The notes beneath the pieces are model-generated. The model made no database searches. It had not been told where the DNA came from and saw nothing but the letters and a program-made list of their open reading frames with translations. From positions 51,518-115,517 of the forward strand of contig JBBDIJ010000002.1 in the NCBI GenBank assembly GCA_040880485.1: DNA of 64,000 nucleotides, given 5' to 3'. Made by a program: the position numbers and the translations under genes. The DNA comes from Balneolaceae bacterium. GTDB lineage: Bacteria > Bacteroidota > Rhodothermia > Balneolales > Balneolaceae. Shown here one piece after another: positions 45,510-54,083 of the stretch (within the stretch, counting starts at the first letter, position 1; each line of letters opens with the position of its first letter).

Positions 45510-48500
45510 CTATTCAATACGAGTCATCTTTCGGTTTAATACCCCTTCCGAAGTCACCAGGCGAACAAAATAGACTCCGCTGGCGATCGACCCTCCGTTC
45601 CACGGCAGTTCATAGTATCCCGCCTCCTGCCGTCCGCGGAGCACGGTCTGAACCCTGCGTCCCAGAATATCGTAGATCTCGATGCGGACATCGGTTTCCA
45701 CCGGCAGGCCATAACGAAGTGTGGTTGATCCGGCAAAAGGGTTTGGATAGTTGCTCTGTAACACCAGGTGATCAGGTATTCCGGCCGCGTCGGCTCCAGG
45801 GTCTATCACCATGACAAAACGGGCCTCACTACGCAGGCCGGTAATCTTGCGAACCAGACTGAATGAACCGGGACGATTCACGTGCGGTTTGGCAGCCCCT
45901 GCCGATGAGAGCGTAAAATCGTACCAGCTGTTCTGCCTCATATCCACTTCGCCTCCGGTATTGCGGTCAATTAGCCGGAGCGACCACTCCTGCGGGAGAT
46001 TTTCAAGTTCCGGCCAGGAGAGGGTGGCTTCTCCCTCCATCCAGTTGCCGTTACGAACCCCACCCACCTGAATCGGAATTTCTATGGTTCGGCCAAACCG
46101 GCGCGGCAAGTTGCGGATCGCCAGTTCGGTGCCGTCATCCAGAAGAGAGTAGACCTCTACCCAGGTATCGGTTCCAAACGGGAGGAGGCGGTAGGCATCC
46201 TGGTCGTCCAGCTTGTTGCTGCCCCCCTCCGTGAAGGAGAAGTGCGTGGATTGGGAGAGTCCGTCTGATGTGAGCTCGAGTGCAATCACGGGTGGACTCT
46301 CCGGCTCTGCGGATTCGCGATAGAAAGTTCCGCCTGTGGTTTTAGAGACTTTGCGAACCCGGAGGGAAGGAGCCCCGTTTCCGTTTGCCTTGACCCAGAA
46401 TCCCTGGAAAGGGGCAATTTTACCCGACCCGAGCGAGCCAGCCGACCCGTTCCATGTGAGATATTGGCCGCTTGTTTCGTCCCACACGTAGATCGTGTTG
46501 TTCATGTTCGTTTTTTGCCAGGTTCCGTCGTCCCAGTCGATGGCAGCAGCGAAGGGGTTGGCCACCAGGTTCCAGCCCGTGTCGGCCACGGCAGTGTACG
46601 TAACCGGAAGGGCGACCTCGGTTCCGTTTCCGTCATGCTCCTCTCCGGTCACCTCCAGTGTTTGAGGCAGCGGGTCGTTGTAGCGATTGTCTTCCGGGAT
46701 ATCCCCGAAAAAATATACGAAGTAGCCGCGACCTGGTGTGACCGTGTCTGAGGCATCGGCAGGTGCCCTCCAGCGCTGATTGTCGGTCCCCGGGTGAGAC
46801 TCCTGATACCAGAGTACGTTCGGTTGCAGTGTGTCGCTCTCCGTATCGTAGAGGTCGGCACCGGGATAGCCCTGTGTGAGGGTTCCACCCAGAAGGTCAG
46901 AGACGCTGGATATGATCGGGCTGCCGAGCAGTCTCCAACCCCGATTTCCTGATATCTCCCTCTGCATCCGGAGGTTTTCCGTAGTGCCTGATTTGTTGTT
47001 GGCCACCAGGCTATAGCCAGATGGGATATCCAGTAGCCCATTCTGCAGTGTGAGTGTGCCGTTCACCACCAGGTCGTTGTTAAATGTGACCGATACACCG
47101 TTGTTGATAGTGAGGTTATGGATCGGGCTGAACCCGCTCACTTCCTGCGCAGCGGTTCCGTTGAACTCAACATCGGTGTCGGTGAGCAGAATGTTTGAAG
47201 TGGTTGCATCGATGCTGCCTCCAAATCGAAAGGTAGATCCGTTTCCGGATAGGTTACCGTCAATAGTGATCTGGTCAATCATGACCAGTTCGGATCCCGT
47301 TTCATTATTCAACGTCTGTCCGGTGTTGACGCTCAGGTTCAATGAGGCCTCCAGATAACCCTCGTTCACAACATCACTCTGAATAAAAATCTGATCTCCT
47401 ACAAGGTTGGTCGAGTCGGAAATCGTCAGACCTCCTGCCCGCTCCAGATAGATATCAGAGGTACCAGCTGTAATGTTTTTGATATTAATCGGGCCAAATA
47501 GCTCAACTGTCGCTTCGTCGGCAATTAGCGTCCCGCTTCCTGAAATCTCCTGGTGGATCGTCAAAAGACGTCCGGAGTTGAGATTGATGGTTGCATCCTG
47601 GTGGATCACCAGAAAGTCGATCTCGACATCCAGCTCATCAATGAGCGGAAAGTTTTGACTTTCAGCCGGATTGGTCGGAATGATGACTACCTGGCCTGTA
47701 GTTGGAACTCCAAGTTCCCAGTTTCCTGCCTGCTCCCAGATTCGACTATTTGCGGGGTTCCCTCCGGCGCTGGTCCATGTGTTGAACTGTGTAACGCTGA
47801 TCACTGCGTCGTTGGTGATGGCACTGCTGTTGACGGTTCCAGTAACGGTCACCGACTCCATTGCCATACCAGCGGTCAGGGTGGCGGTGTAGATCCCACC
47901 CCCCTGATTGGTAACGGCAGAGAGTGAGCTGTTGCTGCCACCGTCGTCCAGGGTCACGGTGTCGTCTCCCTGGGTTCGAAGGTTTCCAAAGGCGTCCCGA
48001 ACTTCAACGGTGATGGTGGTGTTGTCTGTCCCGTCGTTCTGGAGGAAGGAGGTGGCTGGGGTGATGGTGGTTGTGGCGGTACTGGCCGGACCGGCGACGA
48101 CGGTGAACAATTCACTGGTTCCGCTCTCCGAAAAGCCCGATCGTCTTGCGGAGATCGAAAAATTGCCGGCGGAAGAGAGTGTAACACTGTGGGTGTTCAG
48201 AACACCCTCTGTGAAGGTAGCAGTGGTGCCGCTGCCGGACGAGATGGTTCCGCTTGAAGTGATGACCGTGGTAGCTCCGCTACCATCAAACGACTCCACA
48301 ATGTTGTCAAAAGCGTCGAGAGCAGTGATCCGTATCGGAAAGATCACACCTGCGGTCTGCTCTCCAATGGTCCCGCCTGTTTCCGCCTCCACCAGAAAGG
48401 TGGTGAGGGCGCCAAAGGTAAAGTTGACCAGCACATTTCCGGAAGTGATTGTCTGGCTGTTTACACTGGCGCCAATCTCGAAATTTCCTACCTCACCGGG

Positions 48501-50537
48501 AGCGGTAATTGTGGCACTCCAGGTACCGTTGCCTGTATAGACAGGGGTGCTGATAGTGAGCTCAGCGGCCAGGTCAAAGATCTGGACCAGGTTCTGGTCG
48601 TCCTCTATCGGGTTGCCAAATTCGTCTCTTAGCTGAACCGTCACTTCTGCCTCGCTGGAGCCGTCGGCAATCAGAGTGTCTGTGTCGATAGTGATAATAG
48701 AGCTATCGGGATCGGCCGCCGCGGCCGAAACGGTGAATTCATTGGATGTGCCGGTCTGAGGCCCGTCGTTGTTCACAACGAAAACCGTGTGTGTGCCGCT
48801 CTCGATGAGGGCCACCGGATGGGTCGCAATTCCGTCGGTAAAAGGGATGGTGGTATTGGTGGCGCCGGACAGGGTGCCGGTAGTGGAGAGGGTGACTTCT
48901 CCGTTAAATTCATCAATCAGGTTGTTGTTGCCGTCCACCGCACGAATCGAGAGGTCGAATGTCTCGCCAGCTGTTTTGGAGGAAATGATCTCCTCATTTC
49001 CATTCACCAGCTCCCAAATGTTAAACCGGGAGAGTTTACCACTCTCCACGACTATAAATGGAATACTTGTCGTACTCTGCAAGTCAGTACTCACCGCTTC
49101 CAGCCGATACTCCAACGTTGAGTCGGGAGGCTGGTCCACTGCGATGTTGTCGAACACCGACCGCCCCTCGATGTCGGTGTCTACCGAGGTGGTGCTCAGG
49201 TGGAAGCTACCGTTACTGTGATTGATCCGAATCAGGTTCAGCTCCACCGTGCGTCCTGCCTCCTGGACCAGGTTTTCCCAGGCGTCCACCAGGCGGACAA
49301 TGGGCGGTGGTTCAATGGTGCTCTGCCGGTTGGCAGATCGGGGTAGGGTGGTAAAGATCAGGCTGTCGGCTGCGGCCGGCACAATGGTAACAGGATCTGA
49401 AGTGATGGAGAGAAGGCCGGGTGCGGTGAATCGGAGGTCTATCTCGCTCGCCAGGGTGTGGAACAGGTCATTGAAATCGTACTGGGCCGAGCTGTTTTCC
49501 AGGCTGGTGGTTCCCTGCAAGGTTCCACTGCCGGATAGCCGGGCTGCGGTTACGGTTCGGGCAACCCCGTCGGTTACGCGGTTGCCAAAGTTGTCATGGA
49601 CCTCTACCCGGAAGAGGTCCATCACCTCGCCGGCATCATATTGCGGGCTGGCGCCCAGGTCGGAGGGTTGATCGGTGAGCACGAGCCGGGTCGCTTCAGC
49701 CGGTACAACTTCGATCTCACCGGAAGGGAAGGGCGTGAGGCCGGTGATCTGAGCGCGGATGTTGGCCGTTCCTGTTCGTGCACCAATCATTGTGGCGGCC
49801 TCCCCATCCCCGGCGGCTACCAGGTCGGCCTGTTGAATCTCTCCGGTAATATTGGTCAGATCCCAGGTGGCCGATCCGGGCGATTTAAAGTTGTTGAACT
49901 GGTCCCGCACCACAGCATAGACGTCCAGGGAGTTTCCGGCTGGCAACTCCTGGAATGCGACGAGGGAGCCACTACCGTCGGGGGCTGATTCCACCCGTAC
50001 ACCCGCGTCGGCACCGGCCACTTTGGTGACCTGTGCAAAGCTGGTGGAACCCACCGCAATGGCAGGACCCGATGCGGTGACATTGAAGTCTCCCAGATGG
50101 GTACCGCTGGTCGGCCGAAGCCGGAAATTGGAAAAGGTGGCCTGGCCGGCTCTTCTTGGCGGGTCATTGCTCGTTGACGTTACCTGAAAGGTGATGGTGG
50201 AAGCGGTCCGGCTCACATACTGGATGGCGAGTTTCGTGTTGCCGTTGAAGCCGGGCGCCACATTGATCGCAACGGCAGGGGCCGTTCCGCCGGTATCCCA
50301 TTCAAATCCACTGGGCGCGTTAAAACGGATTTCACCCAGCACGACCTGTCCCGCCGAGGTTTCGGTTATCACAGGGCCGTTCATCAGGGTGTTGTATGTA
50401 CCACCGACGTTATCTGCACTGATGATCACGGGGGTGGCCGGCTGCACCTGTTGTGCATCGGACACAGCGGCTCCTGCAAGCATGCCGAGAGTCAGCATCA
50501 GAAGGGTGGAAAGAGCGGTTGAAATGCGGAGGTTCAT
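45510..50537 (-). CDS. giant (1675 aa) Ig-repeat surface adhesin, T9SS cargo
   Basis: Signal peptide MNLRISTALSTLLMLTLGMLAGAAVSDAQ. Seven roughly evenly spaced D-x-(F/W/N)-x-N motifs (VRDQFNNF, VHDNFGNR, VDAWENL, VDGNNNL, LRDEFGNP, LDAFDNI, VRDAFGNL) are typical of bacterial Ig-like repeats. The middle is Asn/Gly/Thr/Ile-rich and beta-helix-like. The C-terminus is a T9SS sorting domain. Confidence 0.8.
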   Translation of the reverse strand: MNLRISTALSTLLMLTLGMLAGAAVSDAQQVQPATPVIISADNVGGTYNTLMNGPVITETSAGQVVLGEIRFNAPSGFEWDTGGTAPAVAINVAPGFNGNTKLAIQYVSRTASTITFQVTSTSNDPPRRAGQATFSNFRLRPTSGTHLGDFNVTASGPAIAVGSTSFAQVTKVAGADAGVRVESAPDGSGSLVAFQELPAGNSLDVYAVVRDQFNNFKSPGSATWDLTNITGEIQQADLVAAGDGEAATMIGARTGTANIRAQITGLTPFPSGEIEVVPAEATRLVLTDQPSDLGASPQYDAGEVMDLFRVEVHDNFGNRVTDGVARTVTAARLSGSGTLQGTTSLENSSAQYDFNDLFHTLASEIDLRFTAPGLLSITSDPVTIVPAAADSLIFTTLPRSANRQSTIEPPPIVRLVDAWENLVQEAGRTVELNLIRINHSNGSFHLSTTSVDTDIEGRSVFDNIAVDQPPDSTLEYRLEAVSTDLQSTTSIPFIVVESGKLSRFNIWELVNGNEEIISSKTAGETFDLSIRAVDGNNNLIDEFNGEVTLSTTGTLSGATNTTIPFTDGIATHPVALIESGTHTVFVVNNDGPQTGTSNEFTVSAAAADPDSSIITIDTDTLIADGSSEAEVTVQLRDEFGNPIEDDQNLVQIFDLAAELTISTPVYTGNGTWSATITAPGEVGNFEIGASVNSQTITSGNVLVNFTFGALTTFLVEAETGGTIGEQTAGVIFPIRITALDAFDNIVESFDGSGATTVITSSGTISSGSGTTATFTEGVLNTHSVTLSSAGNFSISARRSGFSESGTSELFTVVAGPASTATTTITPATSFLQNDGTDNTTITVEVRDAFGNLRTQGDDTVTLDDGGSNSSLSAVTNQGGGIYTATLTAGMAMESVTVTGTVNSSAITNDAVISVTQFNTWTSAGGNPANSRIWEQAGNWELGVPTTGQVVIIPTNPAESQNFPLIDELDVEIDFLVIHQDATINLNSGRLLTIHQEISGSGTLIADEATVELFGPINIKNITAGTSDIYLERAGGLTISDSTNLVGDQIFIQSDVVNEGYLEASLNLSVNTGQTLNNETGSELVMIDQITIDGNLSGNGSTFRFGGSIDATTSNILLTDTDVEFNGTAAQEVSGFSPIHNLTINNGVSVTFNNDLVVNGTLTLQNGLLDIPSGYSLVANNKSGTTENLRMQREISGNRGWRLLGSPIISSVSDLLGGTLTQGYPGADLYDTESDTLQPNVLWYQESHPGTDNQRWRAPADASDTVTPGRGYFVYFFGDIPEDNRYNDPLPQTLEVTGEEHDGNGTEVALPVTYTAVADTGWNLVANPFAAAIDWDDGTWQKTNMNNTIYVWDETSGQYLTWNGSAGSLGSGKIAPFQGFWVKANGNGAPSLRVRKVSKTTGGTFYRESAEPESPPVIALELTSDGLSQSTHFSFTEGGSNKLDDQDAYRLLPFGTDTWVEVYSLLDDGTELAIRNLPRRFGRTIEIPIQVGGVRNGNWMEGEATLSWPELENLPQEWSLRLIDRNTGGEVDMRQNSWYDFTLSSAGAAKPHVNRPGSFSLVRKITGLRSEARFVMVIDPGADAAGIPDHLVLQSNYPNPFAGSTTLRYGLPVETDVRIEIYDILGRRVQTVLRGRQEAGYYELPWNGGSIASGVYFVRLVTSEGVLNRKMTRIE
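45513..45767 (-). other. T9SS C-terminal sorting domain (type A) of the giant adhesin
   Basis: The last 85 aa are LVLQSNYPNPFAGSTTLRYGLP...IEIYDILGRRV...GYYELPWNG...SGVYFVRLVTSEGVLNRKMTRIE. They carry the NYPNPF, IYDxxGR and GVYFVRL hallmarks. Confidence 0.7.
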
Positions 50538-50598
50538 ATACGGTTCACACTCCTGCTAAAGTTTCTGTAAATTAAGCAGATATCGCCCCCAAAGGGAA

Positions 50599-50612
50599 TT
50601 AGAATACTTTAA
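50599..50612. promoter_or_regulatory. degenerate dyad-like site in the divergent adhesin / rhamnose-operon promoter region
   Basis: TTAGAATACTTTAA, preceded by a C-rich tract (CGCCCCCAAAGGGAA) as in the copies at 41099 and 41209. Only one arm is conserved. Confidence 0.25.
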
Positions 50613-50625
50613 GAGTAGCCAAGGT

Positions 50626-51336
50626 ATGAAAGGAGTAGTGCTTGCAGGCGGGACCGGCTCCCGGCTCTATCCGTTGACAAAAGTAACCAACAAGCATCTG
50701 TTGCCCATCGGAGACCGCCCGATGATCTACTATCCGATCGGGAAATTGACGGAAGCGGGCGTGGAAGAGATACTGATCGTTACGGGAACCGAGCACATGG
50801 GGGATGTGGTGAATCTGTTGGGTTCGGGACGGGCGTTCAACTGCCGGTTCACCTACAAGGTACAGGAGGAGGCGGGTGGCATTGCACAGGCCCTTGGCCT
50901 TGCAGAGAATTTTGCGGGAGGCGATCCGGTGGCGGTCATTCTGGGTGATAATATCTTTCAGGATTCGATCGCTCCCATGGTGCAAAGCTGGTCGGGAAAG
51001 GGGGCCAAAGTGCTTCTGAAGGAGGTTCCGGACCCGGAGAGGTTTGGCGTTGCCGAGGTACGGGGACATAAAATCGTGAGCATCGAAGAGAAGCCGGGGA
51101 AACCGAAGTCGAAGCTTGCAGTAACCGGAGTCTACCTCTACGACAACAGGGTATTCGATTATATCCGCTGCCTGAAACCTTCGGGCAGGGGAGAGTTCGA
51201 GATCTCGGAAGTCAATAACCGCTATATCGAAGAGGGGGCTATGGAGTTCGAAATTCTGAAGGGGTGGTGGACGGATGCGGGAACCATGCCCTCCTACCGT
51301 GCTGCAAACAGCCTGGTGTCGGGGGGCGGAGCGTGA
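50626..51336 (+). CDS. rfbA: glucose-1-phosphate thymidylyltransferase (short form)
   Basis: MKGVVLAGGTGSRLYPLT N-terminus (GxGxRL nucleotidyltransferase motif). First gene of an rml operon. Confidence 0.8.
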   Translation: MKGVVLAGGTGSRLYPLTKVTNKHLLPIGDRPMIYYPIGKLTEAGVEEILIVTGTEHMGDVVNLLGSGRAFNCRFTYKVQEEAGGIAQALGLAENFAGGDPVAVILGDNIFQDSIAPMVQSWSGKGAKVLLKEVPDPERFGVAEVRGHKIVSIEEKPGKPKSKLAVTGVYLYDNRVFDYIRCLKPSGRGEFEISEVNNRYIEEGAMEFEILKGWWTDAGTMPSYRAANSLVSGGGA

Positions 51337-52226
51337 AAAAACTGCTCGTGACCGGCGCCGGCGGGCAGCTGGGCCGGGAGTGGATGGAGAGTATGGCTCA
51401 GAGCGAAACGCTCTTCGGGCCGGAGGGGAGTTTGCAGGTCCCGGAGATTGTCGGATGCGGTTCTGCCGAACTGGACATTACCGACCGCCCGACGCTCCGG
51501 GAAAAACTGGACAGGGAGCAGCCCGACCTGATTGTGAACTGTGCTGCCTGGACCGATGTGGATGGCGCACAGGAGCATCCCGATGACGCCCGCCGGGTGA
51601 ACCGGGACGGCGTATTTAATCTGGCAGAGTGGTGTGCCGGGCGGGGTGCAATTCTGGTTCACTACTCTACCGACTACATCTTTGCCGGAACGGATGCAGA
51701 CAGACTCACCTACCCCGGGGGCTACCCCGAAGAGGCGCCGGCCTCTCCGGTGAACCTGTATGGAGAGAGCAAACTGGCGGGCGAGCAAGAGCTGGAGCGA
51801 TCGGGAGCTCCCTATCTGCTGATTCGGGTCTCCTGGCTATGCGGGGCCCATGGCCAAAATTTTGTAAAGACGATGCTGGAGCTCGGAAAAGCGGGGAAGC
51901 CACTGCGCGTTGTGGACGACCAGTGGGGGAGCCCGGCATATTGCACCGATGTGGTATTAAATACGATTCGGCTGTTGCAAGCGCGGCAGAGGGGTGTCTG
52001 GCACCTCAGCTCCCGCGGAGTCACGACCTGGTATCATTTTGCGGAGGCGATTTTCGAGGAAGCGGGTATAAAAGCCGACCTGATACCCGTTACCTCCGAA
52101 GAGTATCCGCGTCCGGCACCGCGTCCCACCTGGTCCAAATTGGAGACGGGAAAGCTGGAGGCAATGACTGAAACCCGCCTGCCGGAGTGGAGAGCCGGGC
52201 TAAGAACGCTGCTGGATCGGTTGTAA
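51333..52226 (+). CDS. rfbD: dTDP-4-dehydrorhamnose reductase
   Basis: A GTG start overlapping the rfbA stop (GTGA) gives VKKLLVTGAGGQLG (Rossmann fold). YSTDYIF and YGESKLAGE (YxxxK) motifs are present. Confidence 0.85.
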   Translation: MKKLLVTGAGGQLGREWMESMAQSETLFGPEGSLQVPEIVGCGSAELDITDRPTLREKLDREQPDLIVNCAAWTDVDGAQEHPDDARRVNRDGVFNLAEWCAGRGAILVHYSTDYIFAGTDADRLTYPGGYPEEAPASPVNLYGESKLAGEQELERSGAPYLLIRVSWLCGAHGQNFVKTMLELGKAGKPLRVVDDQWGSPAYCTDVVLNTIRLLQARQRGVWHLSSRGVTTWYHFAEAIFEEAGIKADLIPVTSEEYPRPAPRPTWSKLETGKLEAMTETRLPEWRAGLRTLLDRL

Positions 52227-52405
52227 TCAGGGTTGGCATTTAATCGGAACAGAGACCCCAAACTGATGAAAGAATTTCCTATTCTTGACCCTTCTGACTC
52301 ATTTTCAGATGTAACTCGCCTGCACTCCTGCAGTAGTGAATGGCCGGCGTAAAATGCGACCAGTCGCCGGATGGATGAAAATTTAATTATGAAGAAACGG
52401 AACGG

Positions 52406-52954
52406 ATGAAGTGGCAACCGACCGACATAGAGGGCGTCTCGATCCTGGAGCCGTCTGTACACCGAGACTCAAGAGGATACTTTTTTGAGAGTTTTCGTCA
52501 GGAGGATCTGCGAATGAGGGGCCTGGATATCGACTTTGTGCAGGACAACTGTTCGCAATCTGTACGGGGAACCGTACGGGGCCTCCACTATCAGATCGGG
52601 ACAGCTGCACAGGCGAAACTGGTGCTGGTGGTTCGCGGTGTCATTCTGGATGTGGCGGTGGATCTGCGCAAGAGCTCTCCCTCTTTCGGATCGTACGTTC
52701 AGGCAGAACTCAGCGAAGAGAACCATCGGCTTCTGTTTGTCCCGGAGGGGTTCGCTCACGGCTTTTCGGTCCTCTCTGAGGATGCTGTGGTATGCTATAA
52801 ATGCAGTCACTCGTATGATCCGGATCTGGAAAGGGGAGTGCGCTGGAATGATCCGGTGCTTGGGATCGACTGGGGGGTCCCGGACCCGCTGCTGTCGGAA
52901 AAAGACCGGGCACAGCCTCTGTTTAAAGAGTTGCTTCCGGAGGATCTCTTTTGA
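52406..52954 (+). CDS. rfbC: dTDP-4-dehydrorhamnose 3,5-epimerase
   Basis: HRDSRGYFFESF, RGLHYQ and VPEGFAHGF motifs. Confidence 0.9.
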   Translation: MKWQPTDIEGVSILEPSVHRDSRGYFFESFRQEDLRMRGLDIDFVQDNCSQSVRGTVRGLHYQIGTAAQAKLVLVVRGVILDVAVDLRKSSPSFGSYVQAELSEENHRLLFVPEGFAHGFSVLSEDAVVCYKCSHSYDPDLERGVRWNDPVLGIDWGVPDPLLSEKDRAQPLFKELLPEDLF

Positions 52955-53068
52955 GAGTGCAGCAGCCGGAACCTGGCTTCGTTTATCCGATGGTTTTCTG
53001 TCGGAGAGCATATTTTCCGCCAACAGGAAGGCATCAATAAACCGGAATCAAAAGTGTGGTAAGAAGTA

Positions 53069-54064
53069 ATGAAACTGATTGTAACTGGCGGTGCGGGATT
53101 TATCGGGTCGAACCTGATTCTCTACCTGCATGAAGAGTTTCCCGATATAGAGATTTTCAATCTCGACAAACTGACCTACGCGTCTGATATAGGTTATCTG
53201 AAGCCACTGAAAAATTCGTTGCGTTACCGGTTTGCGAGAATCGACCTCGCCGACCGCAATGCATTGAGAACCGCTTTGCAGCGCTGGGTTCCTGACGGAG
53301 TGATTCATCTTGCGGCGGAGTCTCATGTGGACAAATCGATTCAGGGACCGGAGCCTTTTGTCTGGTCGAACCTTGTGGGAACTTACAATATACTGGATGA
53401 GTGCAGGCAGCTCTGGAGTGAAACGGAGGGAGAGAGTAGCCCGTCACATCGCTTTCTGCACGTCTCTACTGATGAGGTGTATGGGAGCCTGGGCGGGGAG
53501 GGTACTTTTGATGAAAGTTCTCCGTATAACCCGAGCTCACCCTATTCGGCGACCAAAGCGGGGAGTGATCTGCTCGTTAAATCCTACTACCGAACGTATG
53601 GAATGAACGTGGTTCTTACCCACTGCTCCAATAACTTTGGCCCTCATCAGCATGCAGAAAAGCTGATTCCGACGGTGATTCGCAAAGCGTTGGCCGGGGA
53701 GTCGATTCCGGTGTATGGGTCGGGTGAGAATGTGAGAGACTGGATCTATGTGGGGGATCACTGCCGGGCACTGGTTTCCGCTTTCCTGAATGGCGAGAAG
53801 GGTGCCAGGTACAATATTGGTGGTAACAACGAGTGGAAAAATATAGATCTGGTTCACCGCATTTGTGAAATTCTGAATCGGGAGCGTGGCGACGGGCCGG
53901 ATGGGGACTTTGCAAATCTGATTACTCATGTAGAGGACCGTCCAGGTCACGACTGGAGATATGCGATAGACAGCTCCCGCATTCGAAAAGAGCTGGGCTG
54001 GAAGCCGGACGGTTCATTCGACGAGCGGCTTGCCGAAACCGTTCGTTGGTATCTGGAACACTAA
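53069..54064 (+). CDS. rfbB: dTDP-glucose 4,6-dehydratase
   Basis: MKLIVTGGAGFIGSN, VSTDEVYG and YSATKAGSD (YxxxK) motifs. Confidence 0.9.
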   Translation: MKLIVTGGAGFIGSNLILYLHEEFPDIEIFNLDKLTYASDIGYLKPLKNSLRYRFARIDLADRNALRTALQRWVPDGVIHLAAESHVDKSIQGPEPFVWSNLVGTYNILDECRQLWSETEGESSPSHRFLHVSTDEVYGSLGGEGTFDESSPYNPSSPYSATKAGSDLLVKSYYRTYGMNVVLTHCSNNFGPHQHAEKLIPTVIRKALAGESIPVYGSGENVRDWIYVGDHCRALVSAFLNGEKGARYNIGGNNEWKNIDLVHRICEILNRERGDGPDGDFANLITHVEDRPGHDWRYAIDSSRIRKELGWKPDGSFDERLAETVRWYLEH

Positions 54065-54083
54065 TCCTGAAGATTGGAGTGAA

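Noticed and set aside
47908-49671. Several 110-210-aa plus-strand ORFs inside the giant adhesin gene
   Set aside because: They are antisense to a continuous 5-kb ORF with signal peptide, repeat structure and sorting domain. Their Ser/Val/Pro-rich translations are typical of reverse frames of Thr/Gly/Asn-rich genes.
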